Assembly: GCA_002299135.1 (NCBI GenBank)
Contig: DBNM01000122.1
Location: 1 to 55,277 of the forward strand
Direction of reading: 5' to 3'
Source of the DNA: Candidatus Neomicrothrix sp. UBA672
GTDB taxonomy: Bacteria > Actinomycetota > Acidimicrobiia > Acidimicrobiales > MedAcidi-G1
Length of the DNA stretch: 55,277 bases
In this document: piece by piece, positions 16,366 through 25,852 of the stretch
Layout: every line of letters starts with the position of its first letter
Position numbering within the stretch: position 1 is the first letter of the stretch
Translations under genes and position numbers: made by a program
Notes under the pieces: generated by a model
Told to the model about the DNA's origin: nothing
Databases searched by the model: none
What the model saw: only the letters and a program-made list of their open reading frames with translations

Positions 16366-18777
16366 CTATTTTCTTATTTTCTCATTAAGTGGATCTACAA
16401 CTGCGTCCTTTAGGACGGTAGCACGGCATCTTTCATTCATGATTTCAATTTCAAAAACAGATCCAGGCGATTCCAACTCCGGTGACACATAGGCAAAAGC
16501 GATACTTTTATCTGCGGTATGGCTCCATGTGCCACTTGTGGTTAAACCAATTAGATCATCACCAACGTAAATCGGTTCATTACCGCGACAATCAGTGTCA
16601 TTTGTTTCAACTTCACAGTAAACAAGAACCATGTCTAGTTTTTCTGATTTTCTTTCATTCACAACATCAGAACCAAGGAAATTGCGTGAAAGGTCAACGA
16701 ATCTTTCCAAGCGCGCCTCAATAGGAGTGATCTCAGTAGTTAACTCGGAACCCCATGCTTTATAAGCTTTTTCTATTCTCATTGAATTCATTGCATAAGA
16801 TCCGTAATGGCTCAAATTGTATTTAGCACCAGAATCAATTAAAGCCATGTAAAGGCTGATCATTTGATCAATTGGATGATGCAACTCCCAGCCAAGTTCA
16901 CCGACATAGCTGACTCTTAGGGCTATACAAGGAACATCAGCAATTTCAATTTCTTGACCGGTCAACCAAGGAAAAGATGCATTGGAAAGATCTGCATCTG
17001 TTAGCGGTTGAAGCACATCACGAGCCGAAGGGCCGCTAATAGCAAGAATCGCTATCTCGTCGGTAATATCACGAATTGAAACATCTTCATCTTGACCGAC
17101 ATTTTGGTTAAGCCAGTCCAAATCATGAAGTTCTCCCATGATTGAACTATTCAAATAAAACCGTTCGGCATCTAACTGGGTAATTGTCATTTCACACTCG
17201 ATTCCTCCGAGAGGAGTAAGCATGTGGGTTAAACGTATTCCACCATCGTTAGAAGGAAGTTTGTTAGCTGATAGCCGATCTAACAATTTTGAAGCATCTT
17301 TCCCTGATATTTCAATTTTTGTGAAAGCGGTTAAATCTGCAATACCGACATTTTCACGAACATTTCGACACTCTTGTCCCACAATCTCGAAAGCATTTGA
17401 GCGTCTAAACGAATGATCTTCAGCGGTGCCAAAATACTGGGGTCTTTCCCATCCAAAAATTTCCATCCATTGGGCATTTAGGTCATCAAATTTTTCATAG
17501 ACAGGAGTTTTTTTGATAGGTCTACCAGCGAAACGTTGTTCACCTGGAGGTCGAACTTGATACATTTCGTGAAACTCATCAATAGCTTTAGCACTCGCGT
17601 AGTTGCCCTTTGGGTATGTATGTGGACCAAATCTTCTTGGGTCCATTTCAGCAACATTTATTTCTGTTTGGCCATGAACCATCCACTGGGCTAAATATTT
17701 GCCCGCACCTGGGCCTTGAGTGACCCCGATGGAGGCACCTGCACATATCCAGTAATTTTTCAGTCCAGGAGCTGGGCCCATAAGATACCCCGAGTCTGGA
17801 GTGTGAGTAATCGGACCAGAGACAGTTGTATGTATGCCAGCTTCTGCGAAAACAGGGATTCTTTTGGCTGCAAGCTCAAGCCAAGGTAACAATACATCAT
17901 GGTTCGGTGGCGTTAGATAGAAATGAAGATCCCAGTCAATTCCGTCAACACCATAGAGTTCAGCTCCTTCTCGTTCATATGGTCCGACGATTAGGCCATC
18001 TATTTCTCTTCTGTAATAGCAGGAAGCTCTCGGGTCTCGGATAACTGGAAGGTCAAAATCCAATTTTGCAACTTCAGGAATAGCTTCAGTAACTAAATAT
18101 TGATGGATGACAGAAACTATAGGAACTTCATAACCGACCATTTCACCTAATTGAGGGGCATAGCAACCTGCAGCATTTACTACATGTTCGGCTATGACTG
18201 AACCTTTATCAGTTGCAACTTCCCATTTCCCATCAGGTAAAAGATTCATGTCGGTTACTAGAGTGTGACGTGCTATTTCTGCACCTAGTTGGCGCGCTCC
18301 TTTTGCCATTGCGTTTGTTGAGCTACTTGGGTCGCTCCAACCATCATTTGGTGTCCAAAAGCCGAGTTTTACGTCACTTACATCGAGTAAGGGATGATGA
18401 TCGAGAATTTCACTTGGTGAAATGAGATGACTCTCAACCCCAACCAGATTAAGCATCCCGTTTACGTAGCGAAACCAATCCACTTCATTATCTGACAGAG
18501 CTAAACGAATTGCTCCTGTTGGATGCCAGCCGGCACTAAGACCAGTTTCTTCCTCGAGTTCCGTGTAAAGCTTTGGGGCTGCTGCATGCACCTTTGCCAT
18601 ATTCAGACTTCCTATGAAATGTGGCACAAGTCCAGCTGCATGCCAAGTGGAGCCAGAAGTTAGCTCTCCTTTTTCAATAAGCAAGATGTCAGTCCAACCT
18701 TCGTGAGCTAAGTGGTACAAAAGCCCAGCTCCCATTGCACCGCCACCAACAATTATGGCTTGATACTCTTCTTTCAT
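16366..18777 (-). CDS. FAD-dependent oxidoreductase-GcvT fusion, dimethylglycine dehydrogenase-like
   Basis: GGGAMG, LTSGSTWHAAG (covalent-FAD His), GPITHTPD, GWERP, RVSYVGELGWELH and SMRIEKAY motifs. Confidence 0.9.
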   Translation of the reverse strand: MKEEYQAIIVGGGAMGAGLLYHLAHEGWTDILLIEKGELTSGSTWHAAGLVPHFIGSLNMAKVHAAAPKLYTELEEETGLSAGWHPTGAIRLALSDNEVDWFRYVNGMLNLVGVESHLISPSEILDHHPLLDVSDVKLGFWTPNDGWSDPSSSTNAMAKGARQLGAEIARHTLVTDMNLLPDGKWEVATDKGSVIAEHVVNAAGCYAPQLGEMVGYEVPIVSVIHQYLVTEAIPEVAKLDFDLPVIRDPRASCYYRREIDGLIVGPYEREGAELYGVDGIDWDLHFYLTPPNHDVLLPWLELAAKRIPVFAEAGIHTTVSGPITHTPDSGYLMGPAPGLKNYWICAGASIGVTQGPGAGKYLAQWMVHGQTEINVAEMDPRRFGPHTYPKGNYASAKAIDEFHEMYQVRPPGEQRFAGRPIKKTPVYEKFDDLNAQWMEIFGWERPQYFGTAEDHSFRRSNAFEIVGQECRNVRENVGIADLTAFTKIEISGKDASKLLDRLSANKLPSNDGGIRLTHMLTPLGGIECEMTITQLDAERFYLNSSIMGELHDLDWLNQNVGQDEDVSIRDITDEIAILAISGPSARDVLQPLTDADLSNASFPWLTGQEIEIADVPCIALRVSYVGELGWELHHPIDQMISLYMALIDSGAKYNLSHYGSYAMNSMRIEKAYKAWGSELTTEITPIEARLERFVDLSRNFLGSDVVNERKSEKLDMVLVYCEVETNDTDCRGNEPIYVGDDLIGLTTSGTWSHTADKSIAFAYVSPELESPGSVFEIEIMNERCRATVLKDAVVDPLNEKIRK

Positions 18778-18807
18778 TCTTTATTCCCTAAGTCTTTCCA
18801 TTTTGCT

Positions 18808-21255
18808 TTATAAGCGAATTCTTTCTTTATTTGGATCGTAGAAACTTTTTATCGATGGGGTTATTTTTAATCGACGTGTCGCCACTTCAATTTCCCATGA
18901 TCCGGAATCAATCCAAGATTTAGTAACACCATCATTACTATGCGTGTACCCCATAGTAAGGCATCTGTCTTGTGTGTAACTCCACATTCCACCAGTAGTT
19001 GTGCCTACGAGTTCTCCGTCCCGAAAAATGGGATCATCGTGATAACTCAGAGTTTCTTGATCTTCAATTCTAAATTGGAGCAATCTTTTTGTTCTGATTT
19101 CGTCTCGCTGGTTGATAAGGGAGTCTTTCCCAACAAACCCATGTGGTTTATCCCATGCCACTGCAAAGCCTAAACCAGCTTCAAGAGGAGTATCCACGGC
19201 TGTAATGTCATGACCCCAATGCCGATAACCTGATTCCAGTCTTAGAGAGTTCATAGCGTGAAAACCTGCAAGACAAATCCCGAAGTCACTGCCAGTCTGC
19301 ATAATTTCTTCAAAAACACGTATTGCATTGATTTTTGGAACGTATATTTCCCAACCAAGCTCACCTACGTAGCTCATTCGCAGAGCTTGACATTCAATCC
19401 CCGCTATTTCCAAAGGATTTATAGATCCAAAAGAAAAGTTTTCATTCGACAAGTCAACAGATGAAATAGGACTCAAAGTATTTCGAGCGTGGGGTCCCAT
19501 GACCCCAATGACTGAGAAATCTTCAGTAACGTCTTCAATAGTTACAGATTTTTTGTTACTAGCCCGTGTCAACCATGAAAGATCTTTGGTTTGAGAAGTA
19601 GCAGAAGTTACAACCCAAAATTTGTCTTCTTCGAGTCTGTTGACAGTTAAATCGGCTTCAATCCCGCCGCGGTTATTGAGCCATTGGGTATAAACGCCGC
19701 GACCAGGTTCAACGTCAATTTCATTTGCACTAATTGAATTTAAAACTTCTAAGGCATCATTTCCTGTAACGGAGAATTTTGCGAAAGAACTTTGATCAAA
19801 AACACCAACAGCCTCTCTAACTGTCTTGCACTCGGTAAGCATATTTGTATGCCAGTTTTGTTTCCCATAGGAGTATTCGTACGCACGCTCTTGTCCTTTA
19901 TTTGCATACCAGTTTGGACGTTCCCAGCCTGCTGTTTCGCCGAATACTGCACCTGCTCGATCCAAGCGGTCGTGAAGAGCGCTTGTTCTTATCCCTCTTG
20001 CTGATTCGTACTGTCTGAAAGGCCAATGCATTGCGTATAAAAGTCCAAGAGATTCTGAAATACGATCTTCAAGATAAGAAAGATCGCTTTGAAAGTTAAA
20101 CGCACGTGAAATGTCCACACTCGTCAGATCCATCGGGGCTTGTCCATCGATTATCCAATCTGCAAGAACCCACCCAACACCACCAGCACTTTGAATCCCG
20201 ACTGAGTTGAAACCAGATGCAACAAAACATCTTTCTACTTCAGGTGATTCTCCCAAGTAAAAAGTTCCATCAGGGGTGAATGCTTCCGGCCCATTGAAAA
20301 AAAGTTGAATACCGGTATCGGCTAAAGCTGGCACTCTATGGCAAGCAGCTTCAAAAATTGGACCTATATGATCCCAATCTTCTGGGAGGGTTCCAAAGCA
20401 AAAATCTCTCGGTATTTCTTCAAGGTTCCATATTTTTGCTCTAGGTTCAAAGAAGCCTGCCATTATTTTGCCGGTCTCTTCTTTGAAATACGTGTAATTC
20501 CCAGGATCTCGCAGAGTCGGCATTCCTTGTAGGACGTTTTCTAAAGGTTCGGTCACTATGTAGAAGTGTTCGCAGGCTTGCAACGGGACATTAACTCCGA
20601 TTGTCTTTGCTAGCTGCCTTGTCCACATGCCTCCTGCCATTACTACAGCTTCAGCTTCAATTTTTAGACCGTCTTCAGTTTCAACGCCTGTGCAAATGCC
20701 ATTTTTTTTAGTTAGTGACTTAACAGAGATACCTTCAAAAACTTGAGCGCCACCATTTCTAGCTCCTTTTATTAAAGACATCGTCGTATCCACTGGGGAA
20801 GTGACACCATCTTTAGGTATGTAGAGAGCACCAACTAAATCATCGGTATTAACTAGAGGCCAGAATTCATTTAATTCATCCATTTCTATCTCACGAATTT
20901 CTACGCCAACTGTTGAAGCCATAGAAATTCCTCTTTTAAGCTCTTCCCATCTTTCTTGATCGGCAGCAACTGAAATTGACCCCGGTGTCCTATAACCGGT
21001 TGCTTGACCGGTTTCTTCTTCTAAGTCTTCAAATAAACGAGCAGAATACGTAGCTAATTTTGTAAGTGAATAAGTTGATTTAAGCTGAGAAACAAGACCA
21101 GCAGCATGCCAAGTGGTACCACCGGTAAGTTGCCCCTGCTCGAGAATGACCACATCTGAGATTCCCCGTTTTGTTAAGTGGTATGCAATACTCGCACCGA
21201 CTATCCCACCCCCAATTATCAAAACTTGGGCTCTATCAGGGATTCCTTTCGACAT
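18808..21255 (-). CDS. FAD-dependent oxidoreductase-GcvT fusion, sarcosine dehydrogenase / methylamino-acid oxidase-like
   Basis: GGGIVG, GTTWHAAG, FNGPEAFTPD, GFNSVGIQSAGG, GWERPNW and SLRLESGYRHWG motifs. Confidence 0.9.
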   Translation of the reverse strand: MSKGIPDRAQVLIIGGGIVGASIAYHLTKRGISDVVILEQGQLTGGTTWHAAGLVSQLKSTYSLTKLATYSARLFEDLEEETGQATGYRTPGSISVAADQERWEELKRGISMASTVGVEIREIEMDELNEFWPLVNTDDLVGALYIPKDGVTSPVDTTMSLIKGARNGGAQVFEGISVKSLTKKNGICTGVETEDGLKIEAEAVVMAGGMWTRQLAKTIGVNVPLQACEHFYIVTEPLENVLQGMPTLRDPGNYTYFKEETGKIMAGFFEPRAKIWNLEEIPRDFCFGTLPEDWDHIGPIFEAACHRVPALADTGIQLFFNGPEAFTPDGTFYLGESPEVERCFVASGFNSVGIQSAGGVGWVLADWIIDGQAPMDLTSVDISRAFNFQSDLSYLEDRISESLGLLYAMHWPFRQYESARGIRTSALHDRLDRAGAVFGETAGWERPNWYANKGQERAYEYSYGKQNWHTNMLTECKTVREAVGVFDQSSFAKFSVTGNDALEVLNSISANEIDVEPGRGVYTQWLNNRGGIEADLTVNRLEEDKFWVVTSATSQTKDLSWLTRASNKKSVTIEDVTEDFSVIGVMGPHARNTLSPISSVDLSNENFSFGSINPLEIAGIECQALRMSYVGELGWEIYVPKINAIRVFEEIMQTGSDFGICLAGFHAMNSLRLESGYRHWGHDITAVDTPLEAGLGFAVAWDKPHGFVGKDSLINQRDEIRTKRLLQFRIEDQETLSYHDDPIFRDGELVGTTTGGMWSYTQDRCLTMGYTHSNDGVTKSWIDSGSWEIEVATRRLKITPSIKSFYDPNKERIRL

Positions 21256-21391
21256 AGGTGAAAACGATAGACTTGATGTCCTGTTAAAACAATTTTGGCT
21301 ACTTTTTAAAGGCTATTTTTATTATTCTGCTGATCTGATCTAGCGCTCAATAAATACGTTCAGTAGATTCGTATTAGAGGAAAGTTGACTC

Positions 21392-22771
21392 ATGGTTAAA
21401 AGAAAAAAAGTTCAGGATCTTGGCAAAGCTAGAGCCCCAGGGCCAAGCCTGAGAGATCATTTGCTTGCAGACGGTTCTGGTGTAACCCCACCCTTACTAG
21501 AAGAATCATACGTTTTTCTAGGTGATGAAGACATTCCGTACGAATGTTACACGTCGCATGAAAGGCTTCAAGACGAATTTAAATCTCTGTGGCCAAAGGT
21601 ATGGCAATGGGCTTGTCGAGAAGAACATATTCCCGAACCTGGTGATTATTATGTTTACGATATTGGTGAATTATCAGCGATAATTGTTCGCGCAGATGAT
21701 GGAAGCATAAAAGCTTATTACAACGCGTGTATGCATCGCGGAACGCAACTGAAGCCGCCGGCAACTTGCGGTACCACACAAGGCTTGAAATGTCCGTTTC
21801 ATGGTTGGACTTGGTCATTAGAAGGTGAATTGATTGATTTGCCACAAGAGTGGGACTTCCCACACGTAGACGCGGAAAGTCACAAATTGCCCGAATTAAA
21901 AGTAGGTCTCTGGGGAGGGTTCATTTTTATAAATTTTGATCAGGACGCTAAACCGCTTGAGGAATATTTGGGAGTTTTATCAGATCACTTCTCACATTGG
22001 GATCTTGAAAATAGATACATAGAGACGCATGTTTGCAAACGTCTACCCGCGAACTGGAAAGCTTCAGCGGAGGCATTTATCGAGGCTTATCACATCAGAG
22101 AAACTCACGCGGGTGGCAAACCTGGTACAGAAGCTCCGACTCAGTATGACATTTTTGGAGAAAATGTAACCAGATTTGTGCACACAATAGGTTCGCGAAA
22201 TGGTTCCACTGAAATTGGGGTAGACGAACAAGAACGTTTGGAACGTCTACTAAAGGGAAAACTGGATGGAGATTTAGTACCAAAACTTCCTGATGGGGTA
22301 AAAGCAAGAGATTATTATGCTCAACTTCTACAAAAAGAATATGGAGATAAATATGGCAAAGACTTCTCAGGTTTGACTACTTCTGAGACAATCGACTCAA
22401 TCGAATATTTTCTTTTTCCAAATGCTTTTTTCTTTCCTGGGCTGACTTTGCCAATGGTCTACCGATTTAGACCTGATCCAGTTGACCCAGATTATTGCAA
22501 TTTTGATCTTCTTTTTCTCCGTCCCAAACCAGAAGATGAATCGTATTCAAGGCCACCAGATCCTGTAAATCTGGGAGTAGAAGAAAGTTATACTTTAGTT
22601 GACTCCATTGGATCGTTGGGTGCCATCTATGATCAAGACACCTCAAATTTGGCAGCACAAACCCGTGGATTCAAATCAAGTTTCAAACGAGGACAGACAC
22701 TTGGAAATTATCAGGAAGTTAGAATTAGACATTTACAAATGAAAGTTAATGAATATATAAGTAATTCTTAA
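21392..22771 (+). CDS. Rieske non-heme iron oxygenase, alpha subunit
   Basis: Rieske ligands in CMHRG...CPFHGW; mononuclear Fe motif NWK...EAYHIRETH; distal QD. Confidence 0.93.
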   Translation: MVKRKKVQDLGKARAPGPSLRDHLLADGSGVTPPLLEESYVFLGDEDIPYECYTSHERLQDEFKSLWPKVWQWACREEHIPEPGDYYVYDIGELSAIIVRADDGSIKAYYNACMHRGTQLKPPATCGTTQGLKCPFHGWTWSLEGELIDLPQEWDFPHVDAESHKLPELKVGLWGGFIFINFDQDAKPLEEYLGVLSDHFSHWDLENRYIETHVCKRLPANWKASAEAFIEAYHIRETHAGGKPGTEAPTQYDIFGENVTRFVHTIGSRNGSTEIGVDEQERLERLLKGKLDGDLVPKLPDGVKARDYYAQLLQKEYGDKYGKDFSGLTTSETIDSIEYFLFPNAFFFPGLTLPMVYRFRPDPVDPDYCNFDLLFLRPKPEDESYSRPPDPVNLGVEESYTLVDSIGSLGAIYDQDTSNLAAQTRGFKSSFKRGQTLGNYQEVRIRHLQMKVNEYISNS

Positions 22772-22833
22772 AAAGCAAATAGAGTTTAATTCTGAATTTG
22801 CTTATTGTTAATTCAAATTTTAGAGGAACATTA

Positions 22834-23814
22834 ATGGAAATAACTGACGAAATTTTAATCGATTTATATAAACGAATGGTGAGAGTTAGGTTATTCGAGG
22901 AAGAAGCTGGACGTTTAGCAGAATCCGCTCGTTTACCAGGTTTTCTTCATTTGTATGTAGGTGAAGAGGCCGTAGCATCAGGTGTTTGTGGTGCACTTGA
23001 AAGCCAAGATCAGATCACCAGTACGCATCGTGGCCATGGTCATCTACTTGCAAAAGGCGGTGATTTTAATCGAATGATGGCAGAACTAATGGGTAAATCC
23101 ACTGGGTATTGCAATGGGAAAGGTGGATCTATGCATATTTGTGACTTAGATCTTGCAATGCTGGGTGCCAACGGAATAGTTGGAGCTGGAGTGCCAATTT
23201 CGGTTGGAGCAGCATATGCCAATAAGTTGACAAATAATGGTCTGATATCAGTAGCTTTTTTTGGAGACGGAGCCACAAATATCGGCGCTTTCCATGAAGC
23301 AGCCAACATGGCAGCAGCCTTATCTTTGCCAATGCTTTTTGTCTGTGAGAATAATGAATACGCAGAATACAGTCCGAGGCACAAGACAATGGCTATTACT
23401 GATGTAATCGAGAGAGCTGCTGCTTACGGTTTCCCTGGAGCAATTGTTGATGGAATGGATTGTGTAGCAGTTTTCGAAGCAGCTTCATTAGCGATTGAAA
23501 AGATTCGAAATGGCGAAGGTCCAATGATGCTTGAATGCAAAACATACCGCTTTTATGACCATGTGGGAGTGAAAGGAACTGCTTCGAATTATCGAACAGA
23601 CGAAGAAGTAGAAGAAATGAGAAAACGTGATCCTTTAGTGGTGCACGAGACTCGTCTAATTGATTCAGGAGTCATGGACGCTGAATCAATTCAAGCTATT
23701 AAAGATGGAATCCAAAAAGAAGTTGAAATGTCTGTCGAATTTGCTGAGAACAGTCCGTTTCCTGAACTTGAAGACATGTTGCTAGATGTCTATACGAATG
23801 GAGAATCTTCATGA
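22834..23814 (+). CDS. acoA: TPP-dependent dehydrogenase E1 alpha (acetoin dehydrogenase-like)
   Basis: HLYVGEEA, STHRGHGH, GKGGSMH and GDGATN...ENN TPP motif. ATG at 22834 follows AGAGGA. Confidence 0.85.
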   Translation: MEITDEILIDLYKRMVRVRLFEEEAGRLAESARLPGFLHLYVGEEAVASGVCGALESQDQITSTHRGHGHLLAKGGDFNRMMAELMGKSTGYCNGKGGSMHICDLDLAMLGANGIVGAGVPISVGAAYANKLTNNGLISVAFFGDGATNIGAFHEAANMAAALSLPMLFVCENNEYAEYSPRHKTMAITDVIERAAAYGFPGAIVDGMDCVAVFEAASLAIEKIRNGEGPMMLECKTYRFYDHVGVKGTASNYRTDEEVEEMRKRDPLVVHETRLIDSGVMDAESIQAIKDGIQKEVEMSVEFAENSPFPELEDMLLDVYTNGESS

Positions 23815-24845
23815 GCTCGGACAATATTTTTGAAGGTGCAAATGAAGCAAGTAGTGATGAAGCAAACTCAGCTGAACGCAAACTTGGCTACGGAGCAGCA
23901 GTAGTTGAAACCTTGGCGCAAATTATGAGAGAAGACGAATCGGTTTTTGTAGCGGGTGAAGATGTGGGTGCACATGGGGGAGTTTTTGGTTATTTCCGTG
24001 GTCTTCAACCAGAGTTCGGTGAAGACAGAGTTGTGGATACTCCTATCGCAGAACAAGCAATCATAGGTCTCGGGATCGGTTCAGCCGTTCAAGGTCTCCG
24101 TCCTGTCGTCGATTTGATGTTCATGGATTTCATCTGTGTAGCAATGGACCAAATAGTAAATCAAGCAGCCAAGCTTAAATACATGTTTGGTGGTGGAGCT
24201 AAGTTGCCTTTAACAATTACCACAGCTGGAGGAGCAGGACTTTCAGCAGCGGCTCAGCACAGTCAAAGCCTCGAAGCTATGCTCTGCCATGTTCCAGGCC
24301 TCAAAGTAGTCATGCCCTCAGATGCTTATGAAGTAAAAGGGCTTTTAACGTCCTGTGTCCGTGAAGACAATCCGACAGTTTTCATAATTAACAAGAGGAA
24401 ACTTGCTGATACATGTCACGTGCCTGAAGAATTATTTGAGATACCTCTAGGAGAAGGCCATATTGTTCGAGAAGGAAGCGATGTAACCGTTGTTGCAATC
24501 GGAAGAATGGTAGATGAGGCCAAAGTTGCTGCAGAAAAATTATCTAACGAAGGAATAGATTGTGAACTGATTAATCCACGAACTGTTCAACCATTAGATA
24601 TCGATCTAATGGTTGAGTCGGTTAGCAAAACTGGTCATTTAGTTATCGTTCATGAAGCAGTTAGATTTGGTGGAATCGGAGCAGAGATAGCAGCCCAGAT
24701 TCAGGAACAGGCATTTGATTATCTTGATGCACCTATAGAAAGAGTTGCGGCACCATTTAGTCCAATACCATTCAGCCCAGTTTTGGAAAAACAATATATT
24801 CCAGATGCAGAACGTATAGTTGCTGGCATAAAGAACTTGTTTTGA
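23811..24845 (+). CDS. acoB: TPP-dependent dehydrogenase E1 beta
   Basis: DTPIAEQ, MFMDF, DQIVNQAAK, AAQHSQSLEA and FDYLDAPIERV motifs. Confidence 0.85.
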   Translation: MSSDNIFEGANEASSDEANSAERKLGYGAAVVETLAQIMREDESVFVAGEDVGAHGGVFGYFRGLQPEFGEDRVVDTPIAEQAIIGLGIGSAVQGLRPVVDLMFMDFICVAMDQIVNQAAKLKYMFGGGAKLPLTITTAGGAGLSAAAQHSQSLEAMLCHVPGLKVVMPSDAYEVKGLLTSCVREDNPTVFIINKRKLADTCHVPEELFEIPLGEGHIVREGSDVTVVAIGRMVDEAKVAAEKLSNEGIDCELINPRTVQPLDIDLMVESVSKTGHLVIVHEAVRFGGIGAEIAAQIQEQAFDYLDAPIERVAAPFSPIPFSPVLEKQYIPDAERIVAGIKNLF

Positions 24846-24858
24846 GGTTTCAAAACAG

Positions 24859-25851
24859 GTGACAACAGTTGGGTTAATTGCAAATCCTTTAGCAGGGAAA
24901 GATGTTCGTAGGTTTACATCTGCTGCATCGCTCAATAGTGATAGAAGCAAAATTGAGATTCTAAGACGCTGCGTTTTGGGTGCAATAGACGCAGGAGCAG
25001 AAAAAGTTCTATTAGCTAACGACTTCAGGAACCTGGGATTGAGAGCTGTCGATGGTTTAAATCTCGGTAGCAAAATCGAAGAAATGTCATTTCATCCTGA
25101 AGGTAGACGTACAGATACTACTGAAGCAGCAAAAATATTTAAAAAAGAAGGAGTTAAATCGATCATTTCTCTAGGAGGTGATGGGACGCAACGAGATCTG
25201 GTATTGGGATGGACAGACGCTCCTTTATTGCCAATTTCTACCGGAACCAATAACGTTTTCCCATTTATGGTGGATCCAACTGTTGCTGGTACTGCCGCAG
25301 GGCTTATTGCTTCTGATGAATTAATTATTGAGGAAGTATCTCAGCGGGCAAAGGTAATCCATGTTGAATTACCAAACGGAATTAAAGATTTGGCTTTGGT
25401 TGATGTGGTTTTGGTAGATGACCGGTTAACCGGTAGCAGAGCTGTCGTTAAACCCGATTCAGTAAAACAAGTTTTAGCCGCAATCGCTAATCCGGCTTCT
25501 ATAGGGCTTGCTTCAATTGCCGGACGAAGCAAGCCGGTTTATTTCGACGATGAATCAGCTGTTTCAGTTATTTGCGATCCAAAAGCAAAGCAAGGTGTTT
25601 TCGCTCCCATCATGCCTGGTTCAGTATCTGATGTTGGGATTGTAGATATTAAAGAAGTGGAACTTGGTGAGACAATTGAACTTAATGGCCCCGGAGTATT
25701 GGCATTTGATGGAGAAAGAGATTTTGTAATGGGAGAAAATGAATCAGCAAAGGCTACAGTTTTACGCAATGGTCCAAAAGTTATAAATCCTAATTTTGCC
25801 GTTCAAACAGCAGCAGCCAATAAAGTATTTCTGAGGAAGAGGAATTCTTAA
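24859..25851 (+). CDS. acoX: AcoX / ATP-NAD kinase family protein
   Basis: GLIANPLAGKDVRR, LGGDGT, STGTNNVFP and LAFDGER motifs; lies within the aco operon. Confidence 0.88.
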   Translation: MTTVGLIANPLAGKDVRRFTSAASLNSDRSKIEILRRCVLGAIDAGAEKVLLANDFRNLGLRAVDGLNLGSKIEEMSFHPEGRRTDTTEAAKIFKKEGVKSIISLGGDGTQRDLVLGWTDAPLLPISTGTNNVFPFMVDPTVAGTAAGLIASDELIIEEVSQRAKVIHVELPNGIKDLALVDVVLVDDRLTGSRAVVKPDSVKQVLAAIANPASIGLASIAGRSKPVYFDDESAVSVICDPKAKQGVFAPIMPGSVSDVGIVDIKEVELGETIELNGPGVLAFDGERDFVMGENESAKATVLRNGPKVINPNFAVQTAAANKVFLRKRNS

Positions 25852-25852
25852 T

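Noticed and set aside
20619-20627. Perfect DnaA box TTGTCCACA
   Set aside because: A single copy inside a coding region, with no cluster or AT-rich unwinding element.
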